The position numbers were made by a program, and so were the translations under genes. Shown here in pieces: positions 1-15,821 of a stretch of DNA of 64,000 bases. The stretch spans positions 737,831 to 801,830 of the forward strand of contig WELB01000018.1 of assembly GCA_009602725.1 (NCBI GenBank). Direction: 5' to 3'. Each line of letters starts with the position of its first letter. Position 1 is the first letter of the stretch. Below the pieces are notes generated by a model, which had not been told where the DNA came from, searched no databases, and saw only the letters and a program-made list of their open reading frames with translations. The DNA is from Spirogloea muscicola. Its lineage: Eukaryota.

Positions 1-298
1 CTACGAATGACTCAGTAATTCCTGCTGAGCAGCCGCAGATCAGAGATGCTAGGGTCCTGGAAGTGGGTCCCCTGGACAGAGCCAGAGGCAGCAGCTATGG
101 CTCTTCCGGCACGAAGGTGCAGCGCACGGGCCATGGACCTCTGCAGCGAGACGGCCAAGCGCATGCGATACACTTGCGCCAGCGACCCGGCTGCAGGAAA
201 GTCTACCGGCTCACCCTGGAAGCGACGGGCGATTGCGTGGCGGGCGAGCTGGTTAAGTAGCTCAAGCCACCGAGCGCCCAGTGCCCCATGGATGTCAA
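1..298 (-). mobile_element. 3' fragment of CRE-like non-LTR retrotransposon (young copy; 3' UTR runs off the window start)
   Basis: Matches 25603-25900 of the long element with only one substitution seen by eye. Encodes DIHGALGARW...LQRSMARALHLRAGRA...SDLRLLSRNY*. Homology stops abruptly at 298 (5' truncation). Confidence 0.92.
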
Positions 299-879
299 GC
301 GAAGAAGTGAGCTCTCGATGACTCGCACTTGCTGATGTTTTTGTCCTTCGCACTCCGGCTTCTTCAGACCTTGTCCATTCCTTTGGCCTCCCAGCCACCA
401 GTCAATCTGGCCGCGCTTGCGATCGGCGAGGCGCAGTGGCGGTGCTGATCGTGGACATGGCATGGCCCCTGTGGGAGCCGTCGCTGTGGGAATGAAGAAG
501 AAGAAGAGGTACTCCCAATGGGGGCAAGGGCTGCGAAAAGCCAGCCCAAAAGAACTGACAAAGGTTCGAAGGGGCCTAAGAGCTTGGCTTTCAGAGTCCC
601 CCGGCTCGTATCGGCGGATATCTGTGAAGCTTATCTTTTCATGTGAGTCCTTTCCTGCTTATGGCATACTAGCATCCGGCAAGCATTGGTTGCTATGTGC
701 AGAAATGTGGCTGACACTCAGCTTGCCGCTTTCTCAGGCTCTAGCTATACATCAGCGTGCTGGGCCCGCACTAAGCCAGGTCTGGCCTTTCACAGCCCTC
801 TCCCTTTCAAAGAGCAGCTTCTTCTTATTATTCAGAAGGCAAGTCTGTCAGGCAGGCTTTGCCTCCTTGCAGGTTCTAT

Positions 880-1310
880 GGGGAGAAGGCGGAGTTCCAT
901 GCAGCAGGCTCGTTTGCGCAGGTGTACCGCATGCGCCTGTCCGTCTCGCTGCAGAGGTCCATGGCATGCGCGCTGCATCTGCGTGCCAGTCGTGCCTGTG
1001 CTGCAGCCTTTGGCCCTGGCCAGGGGACCCGCTACCAGGAGACCAGTTTCTCCGACCTGCGGCTGCTTAGCAGGGGTTACTGAGTGTGGCTACTTGATTC
1101 CGAGTGTGCTTTAGCGCTTTCCCTGGCCCCTTTCAAGCTTTGTTTATTCTTTTCTCTGGGCTGGCCTCTCACAGCCAACGCCCTCTCACAGCCACCGCCC
1201 TCTTCTGGGCTGGCCTCTCACAGCCACCGCCCTCTCTCTCTTTGTTCATTCTTTCTTGGGCTGGCTTTTCCGGCCCCTATCCCCAATGGGCGAGCCCTTC
1301 TTCTTCCTCT
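880..1310 (+). mobile_element. diverged CRE-like 3' fragment with 3' UTR and (TTC)n-like tail
   Basis: ORF end AAGSFAQVYRMRLSVSLQRSMACALHLRASRA...FSDLRLLSRGY* (stop 1083). It is followed by repeated GGGCTGGCCTCTCACAGCC units and the terminal CCCCTATCCCCAATGGGCGAGCCCTTCTTCTTC also seen at 25480-25510 and 46325-46360. Confidence 0.85.
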
Positions 1311-1720
1311 CCTGGAAGCGGCCTTCTTCTTTGCCAGGCTGTCTCGGCGGCCTCCCCATCGGACAACAAGGCAGGTTCTCCGAAGGGGCAAAATGGCCGT
1401 CGACTGCAGGCTCTAGCAGGGCAGCACCAATTTGCTGCATGTCATGGAGAGTCATTGTTGGATGCAAGCACTGGGAACCGCTATGCCATTCATTAAGGAG
1501 GAGAAGAGGCGAGGAGGGCAAGAGATGCTTACTCCAGCAGGGCGTCCTTGTGAGCGGAAATGCAGATCGCTCTTTCAAAGAGAGAGGTCGTGCATCCGTC
1601 AGAGGTAGTGGCTACGAGGAGCCATCTTGAACAAATGGACAGAGTTGGGCAAGTTGGGCGCAATTGGGCGTCCTTTCAAAGAAAAATATAGTAGTATGAG
1701 GGAAGAAAGCCCTCTCCCAA

Positions 1721-1936
1721 GAGAGAGAGAAGGCGCGCGGGGCGCATGAATTGAAAGGGAGGCCAATTCAAGCCAAGGGGATCGTAACAAAGAGAAGCGA
1801 GCCCACGAGAAGAGCAAAGAATTCGGTTGCCCTCTCTAGAAGAGAAAGCTGTGTCGTAGGAGAGAGAGAAGGCGCGCGGGGCGCATGAATTGAAAGGGAG
1901 GCCAATTCAAGCCAATATATTGTTCAGGCAGAGTCG
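1721..1936 (-). repeat. two tandem copies of a ~55-bp dispersed repeat (tail type B, probable retroelement 3' terminus)
   Basis: GAGAGAGAAGGCGCGCGGGGCGCATGAATTGAAAGGGAGGCCAATTCAAGCCAA at 1721-1776 and 1860-1916. Related copies lie at 2303-2356, 17134-17184, 28157-28210 and inverted at 45088-45160. Confidence 0.8.
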
Positions 1937-2302
1937 AGTGCAGACTAAAAAAAACTAGGGAGAAACGTATCCAGAAGGGGCGATGGCTGTGAAAGGCCCA
2001 GCCCGAAGAGAATGAACAAGGTTCTATTGTAGGCAGCCCCGAAGCTAGGCCCAGGCGCTACCTGTGTCTCAGCACGTAGTGATGCCCTCGTTCTGACCAT
2101 TCTTCTTGGGCTGGCCTTTTACAGCCAGCGCCCCTTTTGGTGGTGAAGGACTTTTCTCTCTCCCTCCAATAGAACAGAAGCCAAGCAATGCAGTTTCTGC
2201 GCCTGCCATTAAACAACAAGGTGATGCGGGAGACAAAAATAGAAATGCTATGGACAGACATGCATGGAAGACCTCTCGAGGCCGTGGCTACCTGCTGGAA
2301 AT

Positions 2303-2465
2303 GAGAAAAGGCGCGCTGTGCTCATGAAATGAAAGGGTGGCCAACTCAAGCCGATACGATTGCTCAGTCCAAAGCTAGTGCAAAACGTGGGGCTACATGA
2401 GATGAAGCCCTATGCTCAGTGGTGGCTAAGGTAACAGCGTGACGTAAAGTACCCACGAGTGAAGC
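2303..2465 (-). mobile_element. degenerate CRE-like tail (ORF end TRGY plus type-B 3' UTR)
   Basis: The minus strand reads ...ACTCGTGGGTAC (TRGY), then TGTTACCTTAGCC, then the type-B terminus. The same order occurs at 17134-17280. Confidence 0.6.
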
Positions 2466-2553
2466 TGGGAAACGGGCGACGATTGACAGACGGTGAGCGC
2501 CCGTTACTAGTGCCCCGTCATGGAACCACATGCCCTGCCTGCTCTCAGCAGCT

Positions 2554-2675
2554 GCCACGTGGCGGCATGGCAAACTCCGCCGGCTGCGGGCACTTGACGG
2601 GTGTGGCAGGACACCGTCAAGCCAGACCCCCATCTGCCGTCACCTCACCCGTCCCGTTAGGCCGACCCACGTGGC
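2554..2675. promoter_or_regulatory. two G-box/ABRE-like elements upstream of the RING gene
   Basis: GCCACGTGGC at 2554-2563 and CCACGTGGC at 2667-2675, at the edge of the GC island before the gene. Function is untested. Confidence 0.4.
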
Positions 2676-2885
2676 GCACACGCGGAGCGCGCAGCAGGGC
2701 CATAACTCCGCCCGCGTCCGGCGCCGCGATTCCCGCCGCGGCTGCCGCCGCCGCCGCCGCCGCCGCCATGGCGCGCCTCNCGCCGTCCCGGCTGCGGGCG
2801 CCCTCCGCCCTCTGACGGTGAACCCCTCCTTCCCCATCTCTCCCACGTCCTCTCCCACGTCTCCCCCGCAGCGCGAGCCGCCGCC

Positions 2886-3743
2886 ATGGCTGCCGCCGCA
2901 AAGCCATGGACTGGACTGGACATGGACGCAGCCGCCAACGACATGGGCTCGCTGCCTCCCCGGCCGCTGCGCGCTCCAGACTTTAATGCCACTGCGGGGT
3001 TCCAAGACCACGTCTTGTTGGCGTCGAGCGCTCAGGCCTGCCGCACAGGCTTGCCCAAGGACGTCCGCGACGCGCTGCCGCGCGTGTGCGTCTCCTACGA
3101 CGGCGCCGCCCCCGCAGGCGATGGCGCGCAAGACTCCCAGTATGGCCCCCTCCCTGCCCCACTTCCAGGCCCTCCCTGCATCTCGTCGCAGGTGCTTCGT
3201 CGACTCGTCGAGGGCTTTTGCGGTGCCGTCCCGACAAGCTCTGACAGCGGGGCGGCGGCGTGCGTGACGGCCAGGTGCGCCATCTGCCTGATGGACTACG
3301 ACAAGGGCGAGGAGGTGGTGCGGCTGCCGCCGTGCGGGCACGCCTTCCACGCCGCCTGCATCGACTCCTGGCTCCACACCCAGACCACCTGCCCCATCTG
3401 CCGCCTCTCGCTGCTGCCACCGGCCGCCGCCGCCGACGCCGCTCCCGGCACGGCCCACCGGCCCTCGGCGGCCGTCGAGCCTGACCTCGAGGCTGGCCAG
3501 GCGCCCGGAGGCGACGCTTGCGTTGTTGGGCTGCTGCCATTGCCGTCGCTCGCCCCGTCTGGCCATCCCTGGCCCACGCCCGCGGTACCCGGTCACGTCT
3601 GGCCAGGCGAGGGCAACACGGGGGCTGGAGTGTGCTCCTTGCCCCGTCCCGTCCATGCCATGGACCGCGCGGCTGCTGGCGAGACCACTGGCGCCACCGT
3701 TTTGGAGTCACGCTCAGACAAGCCAGACGCAGTGGTCGCGTGA
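2886..3743 (+). CDS. ATL-like RING-H2 E3 ubiquitin ligase (5' end uncertain)
   Basis: RING-H2 CAICLMDYDKGEEVVRLPPCGHAFHAACIDSWLHTQTTCPIC, preceded by the GLD-like motif GLPKDVRDALP. No transmembrane helix is visible. An upstream ATG at 2768 is broken by an N at 2780. Confidence 0.8.
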   Translation: MAAAAKPWTGLDMDAAANDMGSLPPRPLRAPDFNATAGFQDHVLLASSAQACRTGLPKDVRDALPRVCVSYDGAAPAGDGAQDSQYGPLPAPLPGPPCISSQVLRRLVEGFCGAVPTSSDSGAAACVTARCAICLMDYDKGEEVVRLPPCGHAFHAACIDSWLHTQTTCPICRLSLLPPAAAADAAPGTAHRPSAAVEPDLEAGQAPGGDACVVGLLPLPSLAPSGHPWPTPAVPGHVWPGEGNTGAGVCSLPRPVHAMDRAAAGETTGATVLESRSDKPDAVVA

Positions 3744-4574
3744 GAGTCCGTCGGGCTGCGCTGCGGATGGTGGCTGTGGCTGCTGAAGCGGAAGCCTTGG
3801 AGACTTTCGCCACCCCTAGCTTTGCAGAGCGCTTGTGAGACAAGGGCCGATGCAAATGCAGGCCAGTCTTGAGCACATCATGACGACCTGAGAGAGTCTG
3901 AAAGGGAGGAGCGCTGGAAGCGCCTCTGTGATGACCACGGAGCAGGTCTGAGATTGGCCGTTTGGCCAGCATAGAAATGAAGTCCAGCAGTTCCAGTGCC
4001 AGTCACGAATGCACTGGACCTGCTTGATCGTCGCCCTTCAACTGGTAGGCGGTGCATCAATCAGAAAGGTCATGTAGGAGTTACAGCCTTGTCGCAGCCA
4101 TGCCAGCTTGCACGGCAATTCCAGGTTGTGTTGAGCACTTCAAGATTGTGGTGCTTGAAGTGGCATATCTATGACCACTTCGAGTCACGATTCAGTGTCC
4201 TGAAGGCAACTGTACTCTTTCTGATCAGCAAATTCCGAGTGTATATTGTAGAATCAAAGCTATACTTGCTGCAATTGCTGATGTGTAGCGCAGGTATCTT
4301 CAACCATAGCAGGTGACTGTGGCATGCTTGACATGGAAAGAGGCAAGTTATGTGAAATCAATCATGTCAAGCTGATGACACAACTGCAAGGCAGCCAGCA
4401 CGTGCATTTGTGACAAGCACACTAATGGCTTTAATGGCAGGCAGCCCTTTTTCTTTTCTCGTGGTGAAAGGAGCAGTGACTGACCACTGCGTCATTCAAA
4501 TGAATGGGTTGCAAGATGTACAGAGAGTATGCAGGTCGCAAGAGCCCACGCAATGGGGCAGGAGCTCCTGACAA

Positions 4575-7461
<2,887 letters not shown>

Positions 7462-7740
7462 GGCCGGCACACGCCGGCTGCCGCTGAAGGCCTTTCCAGA
7501 GCAGCAGCACGGCCTCTCCGGCGACAGCGGCAGCGGCTGGAGAGGGCGGCGGAGGCGGCGGAGGCGGCGGCGGTAGCGGCGGCGGCGGCGGCGGCGCAAG
7601 CGGAGGCCGCGGGCTAGGTGTAGGGTTGATGGGGTCTGGGGGGGGTGCTGACGGAAGCTAGTTGTCAGCTAACGGCGGCTCGCTGACGCACGGGGCGCAT
7701 GGCGGGGCTGGGGGACTTCAAAAAAATGGAGGGAGGCCCG

Positions 7741-8190
7741 AGAGGGAGAGCTGGGAGGGAGGGAGGGAGGGAGGGAGGGAGGGAGGGAGAGGGAGAGGGA
7801 GAGAGNNNNNNNNNNNNNNNNNNNNNNNNNNNNNNNNNNNNNNNNNNNNNNNNNNNNNNNNNNNNNNNNNNNNNNNNNNNNNNNNNNNNNNNNNNNNNNN
7901 NNNNNNNNNNNNNNNNNNNNNNNNNNNNNNNNNNNNNNNNNNNNNNNNNNNNNNNNNNNNNNNNNNNNNNNNNNNNNNNNNNNNNNNNNNNNNNNNNNNN
8001 NNNNNNNNNNNNNNNNNNNNNNNNNNNNNNNNNNNNNNNNNNNNNNNNNNNNNNNNNNNNNNNNNNNNNNNNNNNNNNNNNNNNNNNNNNNNNNNNNNNN
8101 NNNNNNNNNNNNNNNNNNNNNNNNGGGGGGGGAGCGAGGGAGAGGGAGGTGGGGGGGGAGGGGAGGGCAGAGAACGAGAGGGGAAGGGAA
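7741..8190. repeat. (GGGA)n/(GA)n purine tract flanking an assembly gap in the RPT4/MMS21 divergent spacer
   Basis: Simple repeats on both sides of the N run at 7806-8124. Confidence 0.8.
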
Positions 8191-8380
8191 AGCAGAGGGA
8201 GGGCTTGAGCGAGCGGGGTTGCCAGGGTTACGGGTGATCCAGGTCGCTGTAGCCAGAAGGCGCGGGGCCTCCATCCAGGTTCGCGCGGCCTCCCGAGTGC
8301 GGCGGCAACGTCCGAGCAAAGACGCTTCCGTCGCTGGCACTGGAAGGCGGGACTGCATCCACAGCAAGTGCGGCGGCGCC

Positions 8381-10108
8381 ATGGTGGCCGGTGGGGGCCA
8401 ACGCGTGGTTGCCGGGCTGGCGGAGCTGTCGCGCAAGGAGCACGACTTCCTCAAGGTGGCAGACGGCCGCTTGTGGCTCTCGCCTTTGGGACGTCCGTTA
8501 AATCGGTGCTCAATCCAATTGAGTACAAGCATAGCATTGAGCTCCAAGCATCGATGGAGCCGCTGACCCTCTGCAGCGGCGCGTTGATGGGGCGCCATTC
8601 CATCAGGAGGTGGAGGAGAGCACGCTGCTGCTGCGGCATGTCGCGGAGGCGCTGGAGGCGGAGCGCAAGGCGCCCAAGGTCCGGCCTCGTGCGCACGGCC
8701 GTCATGACCAGGCCCCGGCGGCGCAGGCTCCCCAGGCGAGCTGTTGGGTCTTCCATGCGCACCGCTGGGCAGGCTGGGCGAGGCTCAGCACCGGGCTGGC
8801 GGTGTGCCGCGGCAGGTGGAGGAGCTCGAGCAGGCCACGCTGGAGCTCATCGCCAAGTTCACGGAGCTGAAGCACCACGCAGCGGCGCTCCAGCGACTGT
8901 CGGAGACGTATCAGTACAAGAGCGATGTGCGTTCGTCGCTGCACCCTGAGATGGTGCTGCACGTCATGCCGGCCATCGCAAGCAAACGGCAGCCACTACC
9001 TTTGGTTGCTAATGATAAGGCCTGATTGCCTGCCTGCCTGACGCCATTGGTATGAGTCCTGCAGGTCCGGACAGACTTCTCTGCAGCTCTGAGGGAGGAG
9101 GTGCGCCGACAGGCTTCAGCGACTGCCGAGGTCCCCAAGGACCACCCGTACTTCCGGGGGTTCAAGTCAGCTGTGTGGGTATGGCTCAAGCGCCACTGCT
9201 AGAAGCCCCTTCCCCTGTCGGACTACATTTTCCTCAGTCCTGATTGTCTTCGGTTTCAGCAGTAGCGAAAGCATATTGGGCCGGCCATTGGCAGTGGCTT
9301 TTGCATGAGCTGGCTTTGGTTGCCTGTGCGTAGAACGTGCACAACGCCGGCAGGCCAATGCCCGGGCAGGAGGACGAGGACATTGTGATGACCAATGCAG
9401 GGGGCGGGCTGCTGAACCTCAAATGCCCGCTGACTGGTCGCCACGTTGCGGAGCTTGAGGACCCTGTCAGAAGGTTAGCTAATGCCCCTCACGCTGCGCG
9501 TCTACAATTGGATCAGAAGCTGAATGCCGCATCAACCCATGACGATCTCAGCTTGCTCAACTGGCGGAGCATGACTAAGATGCTCAAAACTGGAGTGGCA
9601 TGGCCATTGTTCTGATGGACAATCAGTGCCTCCTGCAGCATGGCATGCAGACATATCTACGACAAGGCGGCCGTCCTCGAGCATGTCAGAGTGCTTCGGC
9701 GGCAACACAAGCAGCTCGCTTGCCCTGTTGCCGGTGAGATCCACGGCAAGCTGTCCCAACAATTGTGGAGCTGTTTGCTGCGATTCTTGGCACCTTTTAA
9801 GCATAAATGATGCTGTTAAGGTTGATTAAGCAAGAGTCAACTAGATAAGATTGTCCAGATTATTGAAAGTATGAATGTCAGAGCTTCTGAAGACCTTGTC
9901 AAGTTCCTGTTCGTGTACGCTTCGAGTCATGCTCACTGAAGCAGTTGTTGCCTGCTCAGGTTGCTCCAATGGCATGGGCCTCACGCCAGAAAGCCTCAAG
10001 TGCAGCACGGCGCTGCTACTTGAGCTTCAGGAGCTGCAGGCGCAGCCCCAGCGCCAGGGCACCCATCCTGACAGCGTCCCCCTCGACCTTGACGACGAGG
10101 ACCTCTGA
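8381..10108 (+). CDS. MMS21: SMC5/6 SUMO E3 ligase MMS21/NSE2 (HPY2), multi-exon
   Basis: N-terminal coiled-coil exons, then DEDIVMT...LNLKCPLTGRHVAELEDPVR / CRHIYDKAAV...CPVAG / C (SP-RING) and an acidic C-terminus DLDDEDL*. Confidence 0.88.
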
Positions 10109-10385
10109 TGCCACCGTCAGAGAAATAGAGAGCATTAAGAGAAGGGGTTGTAAACCCTGTCGTAGACGTTGTGCGATGTGCGCTACGTGGGCAGTGCCTT
10201 GTGTAAGCACTGCCAAAAACGTTTGGCCACATGCTTGGGGGTTTTACCACTAAGAGCATGCAAATGCCCGCACAATGATGTGCAGAACTGAACATAGATA
10301 CAGCTGCAGGGAAGCACCAACCGCTACTCTCAAGGAGGAGCTTGTAGGAGCTTGTTGATCTGTGCAAATCGCGCACACTCGCACC

Positions 10386-13011
10386 TCAGGCACGACCTAC
10401 ACTGGAAGTGATGGGCCAGCCCCGGCAGCTGCAGTGGACCCTGGCCAGAGAAGCCATGTAGTCCCCCGACCTGCCCAGTGGCAGAGGAGAAGTGTTCGGG
10501 CTACTGAGCGGTTGCTTTCTGGTCACTCGGCAAGCAGGCTTGCTACGTGGCTCAGCAACATCACATCAGCAACATCACAAGGTACATACACAGAAGCTGC
10601 TAGAAGTACTGGTGTGGAGAGGCCCCAACATAACTGCATTTATAAAGACGCACGGTGCTGCGACTACCTTTGGGCATAACTTGTGTGCACCGCATCTGTA
10701 ATGCAAGCCCGTGCTGCAGCTGCGTTGCCCTGCCACAATCCAACCTCACAGCTTCAGACTGATTGCAGTGGCGGCGTTCATGACCCCAGCAGCTTCTGCT
10801 TCTGTTTGGTACAATAATGCCCGCTTCCAGATTGTTGAGCATGGGATGACCCCTTGGAGACTCAAGGAGTGCTGAGGATCTTCAAGGTTTTTCAAGGATC
10901 TGCAAGGCTAGTTGATACTGAGTCTCCAGGGGGGAAAAGCAACAGCTTACCTGCGATTCATGATACAAGCCTGCATAAAGCTTCGCATAGAAAGCATCGT
11001 GGCCTTCAGTGTTGTTACCGGCTGCTTTCAGAAGCTGCACAGGAAGTGGAAGGCAAGCTGGCTATATATAAAACAGGGACAAAGTGTGTACTCTGATTTC
11101 TGCTGGCATGTATCTGCTTGTCCACCTTTGCTGTCTGCTTGTCTACCTTTGTTGAGGCTAGAAAAGAGAAGTTGCTATAATGACAAGCCGAGAGTACGTG
11201 CGCATGAGCTGACACGAGAGCCTGCTGCGTGGCTCCAAGCATTGAATGAAATATCAGAGGGTGCCGAAGGAAGTAAACCTCATCTGTGCTGCCACCTCCC
11301 TTGAATAATTCATACGCGATTCGCATGACCGGGCGGGGGTCTTGGCCCACCTGCAGGCCACACCGGTGAGATGTCAATTAGCACGTGCTTTCATGGCACT
11401 CCTATTAGCGTATGTAATCAATCACAATGTTGGACGTGTTGAAGCAAACACATCCTCTTCTGAGTCAATGGCTGCAAAAGCCTTCTCAATTTGCCAGCCA
11501 TTGTAGTGCTGTAGTATGAGAATGATTTGCTGAAGGAGCGATCCAAACCTGAAGTATCTTCTCTTGCGCCTCCTTCGGGCTCTTTGACTGAGCCTCACAG
11601 AGGTAGGCCCAGATGGCCTGCATGAGTATGCAACATAGTCCATGAACTTAAGATCCTCTTCCCAGCACTCTGGTGAAAGTACTTTGGCTGTATTATGACA
11701 AGATCAACGAGTCAGTGCACTGTGAGAGGACCTCCTCAGTGTCGTTGGGATTCACAGCGACGTCATCCCGGAACTGCGCAGCTCCCTCCTCAAACCTGCG
11801 CGCATGCTGCGGCGTGGCGCTGAGGCTTCAGCAGCATCGAGACCCCAGGCACGCAACACAAAGGCTGCTGGAATTGCCAAGACTTGCATCATGTTGGGTA
11901 AGGCCAACCAGCTTCAGGAAGGTCTGCGGACCTATGAGCAAATTGATGTCGCAGAACGATGAGCGTTAGCCCTCTATACAAGGTCCAAGGTCGTGAAGGG
12001 GTCGGAATGGATTGACTACGGCCACAATGTCATACATTGGTTTGAGGGAGTTGGCTTTGGGCATGCTCGATGCAGATTGCTGCCACTGTGCTCACCTCGC
12101 GGCGTAGTACAGCGACAGTCCTCGCTGCCACAGGTCTGCACCTCAGAGAGACAACCGTCAGGCTGATGTCCATAACACAGAGCTTCTATTGTACATGTCA
12201 ACTAGATGAACAAGAGGTCTCTTGATTGGTGCTGAAGTGGGAACATCAGCAAGCTGATCCAGAAGCTTCAGTAACAGTGCAGGGTTCAATGCACAGAAAC
12301 GATTTGCGCGTCCTAAGAGCTCTGCTCTCAGCTGTCAAAATGCTTTAAGCTTTGGTGGAAAGTCTGAGGTTAAGGTTCCAGAAGGGAGGCATAGAGCAGG
12401 CTACGACAACGTCCTCCACCACCAAATCAGCCTAATGTGCAGCTTGAGCCTGCACAAGAACGGCAGACCCACTGTGCTCACATGGGCGCTGGGCGAGGTC
12501 GAGCTCCAGGACGCAGTCAAACTCGGCGAGCGACGCCGCAATGTCGCCCTGCTGGCCGTGCCCTCAAAGACACGGTCAAGCGTCGGTAGGGAAGCTGCAG
12601 GAGCGACGGTGCGAAGCCTGATGACAGCGTCGGCCCATACAAGTTGCTTGTCGAAGTTGGAGGCCTGCACGGCATTGCGACTCGGCAGTGTCATCACTGC
12701 CATGGTGCCAGCTTTCGCAGACCCACCTTCCGAAAGAGCTCCATGCCACGCCGCGTCGCCTGGGCGGCCTGCTGACGCCGGTCTGAGGGCGCAGCCATTG
12801 CAGCAGCCACGGCCAGGGCGCCCCCGCCGATGGTCAACACGATGGTGGCAGCGGCCGCAGACCCAAGTGCAGCGCCACCGAGTGCCGCTCTGCGCATGAG
12901 CAGCCTGCCGCCACACGCACTGGAAGCACCGCCATGGCCGCCCGCGCTGGCCAACTCTGCCGCTCCCAAGCCCAGAAGCCGGACTCCATCGGCGCACAGA
13001 GTAGCCGGCAT
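10386..13011 (-). CDS. TPR-like protein of the plant/cyanobacterial-type family, probably organelle-targeted, multi-exon
   Basis: Spliced peptide RRGMELFRK/GDIAASLAEFD...QRP/LWQRGLSLYY/FEEGAAQFRDDVAVNPNDTEE/IWAYLCEAQ/VGQDPRPVMRIAYELF/FYAKLYAGLYHES/.../DYMASLARVHC. The N-terminus is Ala/Arg/Gly-rich. The start lies next to a gap. Confidence 0.8.
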
Positions 13012-13817
13012 TGTCTGGCCGAGTGCAAGGCGAGACTCTGCTCAACCCCGATCCCCGCCCCCCCCCNNNNNNNNNNNNNNNNNNNNNNNNNNNNNNNNNN
13101 NNNNNNNNNNNNNNNNNNNNNNNNNNNNNNNNNNNNNNNNNNNNNNNNNNNNNNNNNNNNNNNNNNNNNNNNNNNNNNNNNNNNNNNNNNNNNNNNNNNN
13201 NNNNNNNNNNNNNNNNNNNNNNNNNNNNNNNNNNNNNNNNNNNNNNNNNNNNNNNNNNNNNNNNNNNNNNNNNNNNNNNNNNNNNNNNNNNNNNNNNNNN
13301 NNNNNNNNNNNNNNNNNNNNNNNNNNNNNNNNNNNNNNNNNNNNNNNNNNNNNNNNNNNNNNNNNNNNNNNNNNNNNNNNNNNNNNNNNNNNNNNNNNNN
13401 NNNNNNNNNNNNNNNNNNNNNNNNNNNNNNNNNNNNNNNNNNNNNNNNNNNNNNNNNNNNNNNNNNNNNNNNNNNNNNNNNNNNNNNNNNNNNNNNNNNN
13501 NNNNNNNNNNNNNNNNNNNNNNNNNNNNNNNNNNNNNNNNNNNNNNNNNNNNNNNNNNNNNNNNNNNNNNNNNNNNNNNNNNNNNNNNNNNNNNNNNNNN
13601 NNNNNNNNNNNNNNNNNNNNNNNNNNNNNNNNNNNNNNNNNNNNNNNNNNNNNNNNNNNNNNNNNNNNNNNNNNNNNNNNNNTCTCTCTCTCTCTCTCTC
13701 TCTCTCCCCCTCTCTCTTTCCCCCCCCCTCCGCCCCTCTCCTTCCCCCACACCTCTACTCTCTCACCACTCCCCCAGCTCTTCAGCTCCACTCCTTCCAG
13801 CGGCCTTCTCGTGCTAC

Positions 13818-15821
13818 ATGGCCTTGACACTGCCGGCCCGCATCGTCAGCGGAGCAGCCTTGGCTACACAGGAGCGACCCAGGCCAGGCGCACCCTGCGG
13901 CAGCCTGCGAGCGCCCCACGTCTGTGGCCCAGGGCCGCACGCTCGGCGGCTGAAGAGCGGCGCTGTGCAGCTGCAGCAAAGGGGTGGTGGTGGCTACAGC
14001 GGCCGTGGTACTGGCGGCGCACTCGGTGCTACCGGCGCGCTGACCGAGTCCCAGAGCCTCGCCATGGGCGCGAGAGCGCCCCACTTTGAGGTGGGGATGC
14101 GCTCGTCTATGACCAGGCAGAGGCCCTTGCTGTAAATCTGACGTTGGATCGGCCTTCGAGTCAACGACGCAGCCGTCTCAGCAGCCTCTTTGCCGGTGTA
14201 ATTGCGTGCGCAGCTTGTAGAGCCGCTGACGTGCAAGACGTGGACGCTGGAGGACTTTGAGAGCCACCCAGCGCTGCTGGTACGGTGTCGTCCCATTGTA
14301 CATTGCTGTGCTGGCTGTAGTAGCGTAGCTTGTGAAGTGGCACGAGCTAGAAGTCGTGTGGAACAGCAGACACGGCTTTCGGAGCTCACCGCAGGCGCTT
14401 GTACGCGCCGCGCTGCTTGGCAGGTTATGTTCATCTGCAACCACTGCCCATATGTCGTGCACCTCAAGAGGGACATTGTGGCACTTGCTGAGGAGTACAT
14501 GCGTGTGAGCTCCCCCGCCTTGCCGCAGCACCGCAGCGGCCCAGTGCTGCTCGGGTGCTCTCCAGCAGGCAGCGGTAGTACTCTGATGCTGCATGCATGA
14601 CGCCGCCACGGCTCACAGAAGGGCCTGGCGGTCGTGGCCATCTCGTCAAACTCCGTCCAGACACACCCGCAGGTGCCCACCATGTCCAAGTAACATCCTA
14701 GTGCTCCAAATATAGCATACATCCTTTGTATGTCAACCGTTCCCTTCTAATCTGGACACTCTGCAGACTCTCATGGCTGGAAGCAAAATATTGCCATTCG
14801 AGGTCGCTCACAGCCTACAGCTGCGGCTGGAGGATCGACAAGGATGCTCTGCTACTGCAAGGTGGCCGTCTTTTGATGGTCGGTCGAGCTGTCGCCGAGC
14901 GTGCAGGATGGCCCGACTGAGATGGCCAGGGAAGCACAAGAGCTCCGCTACCCATTCCCTTACCTGTTCGATGAAGTGAGATGATTACCAGCCCCTTGCC
15001 TTGATGGATTTGTATGTACTTGTGGATGACCCCCCCTTGACGTGCACCAGTGTCACACTGGCGCTCACGTGCCGTGTGAGAGCACCACAGACTCAGGAGG
15101 TGGCCAGGGCATACCAGGCGGCCTGCACGCCTGACTTCTACGTCTTCCGCAAGGTAGTGCGCTGCCCGTCAGCTCTGGACGGATGTCACTACGACACCTT
15201 TCTGTGCGACTGATCGAGCAGTGATCCAGCATTGCAATCATCCATTGTCCTCAACTCAAGCGCGCGGGTATGGAATTAGTTAGTGAAGCTGTTGGCATTG
15301 CCAGGATGGTCGGCGACCGTTTGAGCTTGCGTATCATGGCCAGTTTGACGACTCACGCCCACGCAGCGGACGACCAGTCACGGGCAGGTAAATCAATTGA
15401 TTGGGAGTCTACTGCCGTGCTCGTTGTTGGCGCCATGGTGGCAGTGAATTGTGGGCACTGTGGCTGCATGCGAGCAGCTACTCTGTCCATGATGACAGAG
15501 CGACCGTCTCATGCGCAAGCGGCGAGTCTCTTCTGTGCAGCGACCTGCGAGCGGCCCTGGACTGCGTGCTCTCCAGCCGGCCCGTTTCACAGATGCAGCG
15601 GCCAAGGTGACCCACACTAGGCCACTGAACCCTATTGCCTAAGAAAACAGAACTGTTTCGAGAGCATTGTCATAGTCCAGGGCTCAGGCCGCTAAGCCCA
15701 AGCCAGGACCTTGGGAGGCTAAAGCTGCGTGATCTCCCATTTGAGGTTGGGGCTGACAGCGTGCTCGGCTGTCTTTGCTGCGTGCAGCATTGGCTGCAGC
15801 ATCAAGTGGGCGCCCCAGTGA
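13818..15821 (+). CDS. thioredoxin-fold AhpC/TSA-like (peroxiredoxin-like) protein with a transit-peptide-like N-terminus, multi-exon
   Basis: GARAPHFE/LVEPLTCKTWTLEDFE/VMFICNHCPYVVHLK/GLAVVAISSNS/DGPTEMA...YPFPYLFDE/TQEVARAYQAACTPDFY/YHGQFDDSRP/DLRAALDCVL/SIGCSIKW. Confidence 0.9.

Noticed and set aside
1157..1300. Short repeated units resembling a CRISPR array
   Set aside because: Irregular spacing, no unique spacers, no cas genes, eukaryotic context; these are duplicated retroelement tail hairpins.
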